Below, one piece after another: positions 58,294-64,000 of a stretch of DNA of 64,000 bases. Under the pieces are notes generated by a model. It was not told the origin of the DNA. It saw nothing but the letters and a program-made list of their open reading frames with translations, and ran no database searches. Within the stretch, counting starts at the first letter, position 1, and each line of letters opens with the position of its first letter. The stretch is taken from the IMG/VR virus record IMGVR_UViG_3300029267_004162, positions 186,001 through 250,000 of that record; one strand, written 5' to 3'. A program made the position numbers and the translations under genes.

Positions 58294-59397
58294 TTGGCTA
58301 AGAAGAAAAAACCCGCAGTTATTAGTTCAGATGGGTTTGCGGATTTGGTTGATCAGGCTGCTGGGCAAATTAGCACCGAGATCAAGCTCTTAAACATCCA
58401 AGAAGCTAAGATACAAACCGTCAATTCAAAAACTGGTTTGCCCTCCGGAGTGTTGATGATCGACCTCCTGTTGTATGGGGGCCTTCCCAATGGAAAATTT
58501 GCTTCTATCCACGGGGAGACGGGATCAGGTAAGACCACCTTTGCAAATTTGATGATGGGGGCAGCACACGCACAGAAGCGCCCGGTTCTGTATGTTGATG
58601 CGGAACAAGCGAGAGACAATCCCTATCTGAAAAAGTTCAAGGTGAAGTTCAACAACAAGGATCTCTTTCAGTACGCTTTGCCGGTGACTGGTGAAGGAGC
58701 CTTCAAGCTGATAAAGAGGGTGTTAGAGAATTGGCCTGATGACAAACAACCTGGCCCTCTGATAGTGCTGGACAGTTTTAAGGCTCTTACCCCTCGGGTT
58801 CGTACCGAAGACGAGGATAGTGAAAAACCCGCCTTGCATGCTCGTATGGCTTCTAAGTGGTTGGGAGATATCAAAAATTCAGTGGGGCTAAAAAACGCCA
58901 TATTCCTGATGATTAATCAACGACGATTGAACATTATGGCATCCTACGGTAATCCCATTATAGAACCTGGTGGGGAAGCCGTGTTGTTGACCCCTGATAT
59001 TCGCATCATGTCATCAGCTATAGGTCGAGGAAAAGCGCCAGAAACTGGGTTTATTGATTGTCGTTTGAGGTTGGTTAAATCCCGACATTGTCCACCGTTT
59101 AGGATGGTGGATGCTCGTCTGAATATAGGAATGGGGTTTGATCCGCTGTGGGATACCTGGCAGTATTTATTGGCTACAGATCAAGCGGAGGTGGTGGGTG
59201 GTAGATACGCTATTTGGTGGGAAGGGAAAGAACCGGCGAAATCTTATCGATATTCGGACGGGGCATTTCGGGAACTTCTAATGCAGACCCGTGTTCAATG
59301 TCGGAAACAACTTGAAACCGGAGAGTTTAAGGGCCTCTATGAGGCGCAGTATTTCTCTGATAAAGACATTGAACAAGCCGTAGAAAATGAAGATTAA
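58294..59397 (+). CDS. recA: RecA/UvsX recombinase
   Basis: GGLP.G, GETGSGKTT, YVDAE, VLDS, ARM, INQ.R, PGGEA; TTG 58294 after AGGAG. Confidence 0.92.
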   Translation: MAKKKKPAVISSDGFADLVDQAAGQISTEIKLLNIQEAKIQTVNSKTGLPSGVLMIDLLLYGGLPNGKFASIHGETGSGKTTFANLMMGAAHAQKRPVLYVDAEQARDNPYLKKFKVKFNNKDLFQYALPVTGEGAFKLIKRVLENWPDDKQPGPLIVLDSFKALTPRVRTEDEDSEKPALHARMASKWLGDIKNSVGLKNAIFLMINQRRLNIMASYGNPIIEPGGEAVLLTPDIRIMSSAIGRGKAPETGFIDCRLRLVKSRHCPPFRMVDARLNIGMGFDPLWDTWQYLLATDQAEVVGGRYAIWWEGKEPAKSYRYSDGAFRELLMQTRVQCRKQLETGEFKGLYEAQYFSDKDIEQAVENED

Positions 59398-59690
59398 AAC
59401 GCACTTTCCTCTTCGTCCTCTTCGTCCTCTTCTAACATACTGATGATGGCGTTTCGGGATTCTTGAAGGCCAGCCAAGGTCATGTCATTTATAGTTGCTT
59501 TTAGACAGTCAAAACAACAGCCAACTAGGCCCCTTTTCAAGGGATACCCATGATCGGCGGATTCTTCATCATATAATGTAATCTCGGCCGCAGCCCATCC
59601 AAGAGGTAGTTCATCTTCAGTCGCAGTTGTTACGCTTTTGTCACAGTGGGGGTTGTCACAAGTGTAAACGAAACGGTAATCAACGCCCAT
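59394..59690 (-). CDS. small Zn-binding protein with acidic tail
   Basis: YTCDNPHC...LP.GW...CCFDC; AGGAG RBS. Confidence 0.65.
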   Translation of the reverse strand: MGVDYRFVYTCDNPHCDKSVTTATEDELPLGWAAAEITLYDEESADHGYPLKRGLVGCCFDCLKATINDMTLAGLQESRNAIISMLEEDEEDEEESAF

Positions 59691-60214
59691 TTGCTTTCTC
59701 CTGTGTAATTCCCCTCCTCCCTTCTTCTTACGGATTTGTTGTTGTGTTCAAGACCCTTCTGGTATTACTAGCTCTACAAAACGCCTCGATCATGGTAGTT
59801 CATGTAGAGGGGATATGTGAGGGTTCGAATAAGGTTGAACCAATCGTAGGAAACTTGTTGCCTCATTTTTCTCCTCAATACGTACTAACTGAGCGGAATG
59901 CCCCCGTAGGATTACATAACATACGTGAACAAGGATTTGTTGTAGTCGTTGGGGGTTATCTTAGGGCGTGCTATTCTAACGCTCTTCAAAAGTTGTTAGA
60001 AAATTCCGCTGGAGATTCACTGGGTCTAATTATTCCCATGCGAGCAGTGTATCATGGGACCAATAGAACTCTGTATGAATATTACGTGGATAACCTCAAA
60101 AGGGATAACACCCTGCTTACTAGTTACATCAAGGAAGTAATCGAAGAGGCGGGGTTCACGAATTCCGAAATCCTGGTGTTGGGAGAAATCGTTATAATTT
60201 GGGAGAGATAGAAG

Positions 60215-60526
60215 ATGAATACCCAGTATGTGAAAAGACAATCCACCGTTATCGAGGCTTTTCAACTAACGAGAGAAACTCGCAGGTCTAATGCGGATTG
60301 GCCAAGTTGGATGAACAAGGCTTGGAACTTACCTCGTCGTAAAACAAACTCTTTGTATCCTACGATTCCTAATACTAGCACCGGTATACTATCGGTCATG
60401 ACACAAACTGGGGAACACCGTGTGTCCTTCGGTGATTGGATCATTCGGGATGATGAAGGGAACCTGGAAAAATGTGGGAACCACATTTTTGAACTGACTT
60501 ACAAAAGAGTCGAGTCCGATGCCTAA
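60215..60526 (+). CDS. PGDYG-like small protein (Acb4-like sponge candidate)
   Basis: YVKR...IEAFQ...TQTG...GDWIIRD..G....C...IFELTY. Confidence 0.65.
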   Translation: MNTQYVKRQSTVIEAFQLTRETRRSNADWPSWMNKAWNLPRRKTNSLYPTIPNTSTGILSVMTQTGEHRVSFGDWIIRDDEGNLEKCGNHIFELTYKRVESDA

Positions 60527-60878
60527 AAGAAATCGCAAATCGCTCGTTAACAGTTTGTTGCGACCTAAGATTGTATGGGAAGAAGCCAAAACTGGTAGGG
60601 CCAAGTGTACTAATAAAGCGTGTGGGAAACCCATAGTTCAGTTTTCTGCTAGACTGGTGGCCTATCAATTCAATAAATTTTCCGGACGTGATCAACAGGT
60701 GTTTTATTGTGAGGAATGCGGAAAGAAGTTATTCGATAATACAATCGCTCAGTTAAAAAAGATTAAGAAGGCCGGAAAAATTCTTAGAAAACAAAGCAAG
60801 TGGCTTTCTGATTCTTATTTGACGGAGACGGGTTGGGAGTTGGTAGAAGCGTCATTGGAATTTGGTGGGCTGGATTGA
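60519..60878 (+). CDS. PARP-type zinc finger protein
   Basis: EEAKTGRAKC...C.KPI....RL...FYCEEC resembles zf-PARP. Confidence 0.6.
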   Translation: MPKRNRKSLVNSLLRPKIVWEEAKTGRAKCTNKACGKPIVQFSARLVAYQFNKFSGRDQQVFYCEECGKKLFDNTIAQLKKIKKAGKILRKQSKWLSDSYLTETGWELVEASLEFGGLD

Positions 60879-60892
60879 CTGGAGGTGCTGAT

Positions 60893-61333
60893 ATGTTTAA
60901 GCGGATACAGTTTTGGATGGTGCTGGAATACGTCTTTTTGTTGATCTGTGTTCTTTTCGCGGCTATAATCACAGGACAAATCCTGGGTGAATGGGTAGGA
61001 GCCGTTTCTCTGACAGACACCGCTTTGTTGGGTTTGTTTAATATGATGGTGGCGATCTATTGTCGGCTCAATCGACTAAAGGAAGTACATACTGAACTGA
61101 CTCGTCTTAGGGCTGCTGCACCCGATCTCTTGGAAGCGTGCAAAAAGACTGTGGCGTCATGTTTCGGGTGTAATGGTAATGGGATGCGAGCGAGACCAGG
61201 ACTTGAATCATGGCATACAGAAAACGGTGCTGTGCCTCCTGAAGATTCCGAATTTCCATGTCCTACTTGTAGTCTCGCTCGTACCGCAATCGCCAAGGCT
61301 ACGGGAACCACCGTTAGTGAGCCTAAAGACTGA
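60893..61333 (+). CDS. membrane-anchored hypothetical protein
   Basis: two TM segments, AAAPDLLEAC, CFGC...CPTC; GGAGG RBS. Confidence 0.55.
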   Translation: MFKRIQFWMVLEYVFLLICVLFAAIITGQILGEWVGAVSLTDTALLGLFNMMVAIYCRLNRLKEVHTELTRLRAAAPDLLEACKKTVASCFGCNGNGMRARPGLESWHTENGAVPPEDSEFPCPTCSLARTAIAKATGTTVSEPKD

Positions 61334-61339
61334 ATATGA

Positions 61340-61699
61340 ATGATCACCACGATGTATCTTTGGGGCGGAGGTTGGATAATGAGTATAGAAGGAGTTATGA
61401 AGCAAGCCGTAGAACAGGGTTGGCTTCGACCCGGCACAACAGTATTCGCAATAAAAGAACTAACTAAAGACTGGTGGGTGACAACAGTCCCTCAAAAACT
61501 TACCGGAATATTTCTCCATGCTGCCCTAGACAAACTCGGAGGTTTGCAGATTCAGTGTCAGTACCAGTTTGGGGAACGACAAGTTTATAACCATAAGGAT
61601 TTATTTCCAGATTTCTCCGCAGCACAAGAAGAATGCAATAATCGCAATGGGGCGATAATAGGGGTAGGTCTTTCTTCGATGGATGATGATGAGGAGTAA
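61340..61699 (+). CDS. hypothetical protein
   Basis: ORF in operon; start likely ATG 61379. Confidence 0.55.
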   Translation: MITTMYLWGGGWIMSIEGVMKQAVEQGWLRPGTTVFAIKELTKDWWVTTVPQKLTGIFLHAALDKLGGLQIQCQYQFGERQVYNHKDLFPDFSAAQEECNNRNGAIIGVGLSSMDDDEE

Positions 61700-61704
61700 A
61701 TGGG

Positions 61705-62355
61705 ATGACAGGGCCAAAACAAGTTACTTGCAGTATTTGCGGAGAAACTGTCTTCAAGGCTCGGACTGCTCATGTAGGAAATGGTGAGCGGGCTTGTAAA
61801 GAACATGAGGGGGTAGTTGACAAAGCTAATCAGGTTCAGATCCAACAGCAAGAAACACTTCGGAAATCAAGAAAGCCAAAGACGAAGCCGGATCGAACAC
61901 GGGACTTCAAGAAGGAACTGGTATGCATGACTTGCGGCCAAGAGAGTGTAAAGGTTTCTGACATTCTTTCCGAAGTCCTGGTAATAAGTAAGAAAATGGA
62001 GATGGGGGGTGAACCCATTAACCTGTTACTTAACCCCGCTAAGGTAATAAATGAAGCTAGAAAGTCTTTTGGCGAAAAGAAGCCCATGTACGTTTTCACG
62101 AAGGATGAATTAACTGCAGACCAGTGGCAGAGGGTTAAGAAGAATGCTGGTCACCTTCGAGAAGTTCTCGACCTCTTTGGGGTTATCGGGGTATGTGTAG
62201 AGTGTTGTACGAAACTGGATCTCCCCGATAAACTGCAACAAATTGAACAACCTTCTTTAGAGACCTTATCGTTAATGGGGGCCATGATGGAAGAACCCTT
62301 CAGGCAAGAGGTGGAGCGGAGAGCGGAGGCGGAGGCGGAGGCGGAGGCGGACTAA
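61705..62355 (+). CDS. Zn-finger protein
   Basis: CSIC...C..H, CMTC...CVEC; ends in a GCGGAG repeat. Confidence 0.6.
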   Translation: MTGPKQVTCSICGETVFKARTAHVGNGERACKEHEGVVDKANQVQIQQQETLRKSRKPKTKPDRTRDFKKELVCMTCGQESVKVSDILSEVLVISKKMEMGGEPINLLLNPAKVINEARKSFGEKKPMYVFTKDELTADQWQRVKKNAGHLREVLDLFGVIGVCVECCTKLDLPDKLQQIEQPSLETLSLMGAMMEEPFRQEVERRAEAEAEAEAD

Positions 62356-62358
62356 TAT

Positions 62359-62757
62359 ATGCCTACGATGCCCAAATCTTGGCGAGGTAAGCCTCTTAGG
62401 ACCCCAATAGGGCGTGTCTTAGAAATAGCTATTGAAGAGGCCCTGAAGAGCGAAGTTAAACGATCCAAGCACAGTGCTTTAGGTTTAGACAGTCGGTTAA
62501 GGAATGTTCTTTCTAGGACTCATAACACACGAGTTTTTGGTTACAAGAACAAATGGACTCTTCATGCCGAAGAACGGCTGCTAGCAAAGATCAGAGAACC
62601 ACTCCACACCATGTTAATATGCCGGGTTATGGGAAATCGGTCTTTTGGTAACAGCAAACCATGTCCAAGGTGTATGCAATTACTCCAGGAATCGGGAGTA
62701 AAACGAGTGATTTTTTGGCAAGGTGGGGTTTGGACCAGTCTTCTTTTACTTCGTTAA
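62359..62757 (+). CDS. cytidine/dCMP deaminase-fold protein
   Basis: LHAEE, SKPCPRC, GVKRV. Confidence 0.85.
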   Translation: MPTMPKSWRGKPLRTPIGRVLEIAIEEALKSEVKRSKHSALGLDSRLRNVLSRTHNTRVFGYKNKWTLHAEERLLAKIREPLHTMLICRVMGNRSFGNSKPCPRCMQLLQESGVKRVIFWQGGVWTSLLLLR

Positions 62758-62789
62758 AAAAGAGGATTTTTGTACAAAAAGGACTGGTT

Positions 62790-63188
62790 ATGGGTGCTTC
62801 ATCTACCACTTACCTCTGCGAGTTTACACCTGAACAAATGCGCGTCATACGCGTAGCCCTGGATTGTTTTTCGCGGATAGGCATGGGTCAACTGAGCGCG
62901 GCGGTCGACCACTTATCGCAGAATAATCGGCTCTCCTCCAAGAATGTTAATGATCTGCGTGAACAACTAAAACAGTTAGAGCCTTTGGCCACAGGTTTGC
63001 CCTACACCGGCCATTTGGGTATTACCAATTCAACCATCGGGGAAGACCATAAGATGGCCTGGGATATCATGCAAACACTGCGTCATTGTCAAGCATGGGA
63101 GGAACACCCTGGGGGTGGCTGGTCCGTTGATTTCGATAAACCAATGAAAACGTCTACGTGTCCTTTACCGAAAGTGCAAGTAAAGTAA
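62790..63188 (+). CDS. hypothetical protein
   Basis: ALDCFSRIGMGQL...AWDIMQ.LRH, a recurrent phage family. Confidence 0.6.
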   Translation: MGASSTTYLCEFTPEQMRVIRVALDCFSRIGMGQLSAAVDHLSQNNRLSSKNVNDLREQLKQLEPLATGLPYTGHLGITNSTIGEDHKMAWDIMQTLRHCQAWEEHPGGGWSVDFDKPMKTSTCPLPKVQVK

Positions 63189-63198
63189 GGAGAACCTT

Positions 63199-63597
63199 TT
63201 GCCAGGTCAACAACAGCAACAATTGTCTATCGATCCGCAGCAGTTAATTCAAGGAATGGTTATATCGCCATTTCAGGCTTTGATTTTAAGAGCCATGTTT
63301 GAACAATGTTTCCCCGAGGAAGCTGATCGTGCGAAAAGAACGGAAGCGATAAAGGGAGTCATCACACTAGGTTTGGATAATACATTCAAGCAGATGCGTG
63401 CTGATTCCAACCTATCTCACATGGTGATTGACGGGTCTTTGTCGAAGATGGAAGAAATGGCAAAACACGCCTGTGCTTCCATATGCGACGATTTCACTAA
63501 ATTGCCTGATTTGAATGAAGCAGCTCAGGCGGCGACCGAGGAAACCGAAGCGGAAACCGAGTCTAAGTCTGGTCCCAAATTAGTATTGGAGGAGTAA
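63199..63597 (+). CDS. hypothetical protein
   Basis: AAGGAG RBS + TTG. Confidence 0.6.
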   Translation: MPGQQQQQLSIDPQQLIQGMVISPFQALILRAMFEQCFPEEADRAKRTEAIKGVITLGLDNTFKQMRADSNLSHMVIDGSLSKMEEMAKHACASICDDFTKLPDLNEAAQAATEETEAETESKSGPKLVLEE

Positions 63598-63643
63598 CAT
63601 CGCTACCGCTACTGAGAAAAAGAAAAAACCGATAGCTAAGAAA

Positions 63644-64000
63644 ATGGAAACAAGGCTAACAGAAGTTGAGGAACAGGTTCAAAATTTACGCGATCAAGTG
63701 TTAACGCTCTCAAGAAAACTGAATCGGGTGGATCGGAAGGCTACCGGAAAGAAGAGTGGTAGGGGTGTTGTGCTTGATATCACTGTTGAAGAACTGCAAA
63801 ATCATATTCAGCAATTGGCTGAGAAATCGTCTCTAACTGATAGATATTTGAGGTATCATGAGTATCTGCCAGTTGAAGAAGTCCCCAAATGGCAAGTTGA
63901 AGAGCAAGTTACGGCTAAGAAAGAGATAACAAAACTGGCCAACCGCCATCGATTAGCCACTAAACTCCCATATACCGCAGAACAATTGGCTGCAATGCCC
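63644..64000 (+). CDS. hypothetical protein, runs off the window end
   Basis: open frame METRLTEVEEQVQNL... to 64000. Confidence 0.55.
   Translation, partial: METRLTEVEEQVQNLRDQVLTLSRKLNRVDRKATGKKSGRGVVLDITVEELQNHIQQLAEKSSLTDRYLRYHEYLPVEEVPKWQVEEQVTAKKEITKLANRHRLATKLPYTAEQLAAMP

Noticed and set aside
59627-60211. 194-aa ORF as annotated
   Set aside because: 5' part overlaps the divergent minus gene and looks non-coding; the 3' part may be a real gene but start and function are unsupported

Overview
This window is a 64-kb fragment of a large (probably jumbo) contractile-tailed phage. It carries a tail sheath, probable baseplate/tail proteins and an extensive replication/repair kit (UDG-fused family A polymerase, beta clamp, primase, RecA, UvrD, DinG/XPD, SNF2, Cas4-like nuclease, HU). 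It also carries nucleotide metabolism genes (class II RNR, dCMP deaminase, Ndk), a sigma factor, GroES, ClpP, QueD/QueE, arginine decarboxylase, two DNA methyltransferases, RNA repair enzymes and several anti-defence candidates (Tad1 and other sponge-like proteins, a macrodomain). Host-like genes resemble Planctomycetota homologues from memory; no search was run. The least explained element is a ~2.2-kb region between tad1 and nrdJ (10.5-12.75 kb). It is packed with nested, G-U-containing helices and a T-loop, matches no RNA family I can assign, and overlaps an unexplained 357-codon open frame, so it is a candidate new giant phage ncRNA. Also notable: a tRNA-Lys(UUU) split by a 612-nt group I intron carrying a frameshifted HNH gene, next to an RNA ligase, small structured RNAs and tRNA-Lys(CUU); and a promoter-driven, 3'-truncated initiator tRNA. 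All family calls are by motif recognition, not database search.
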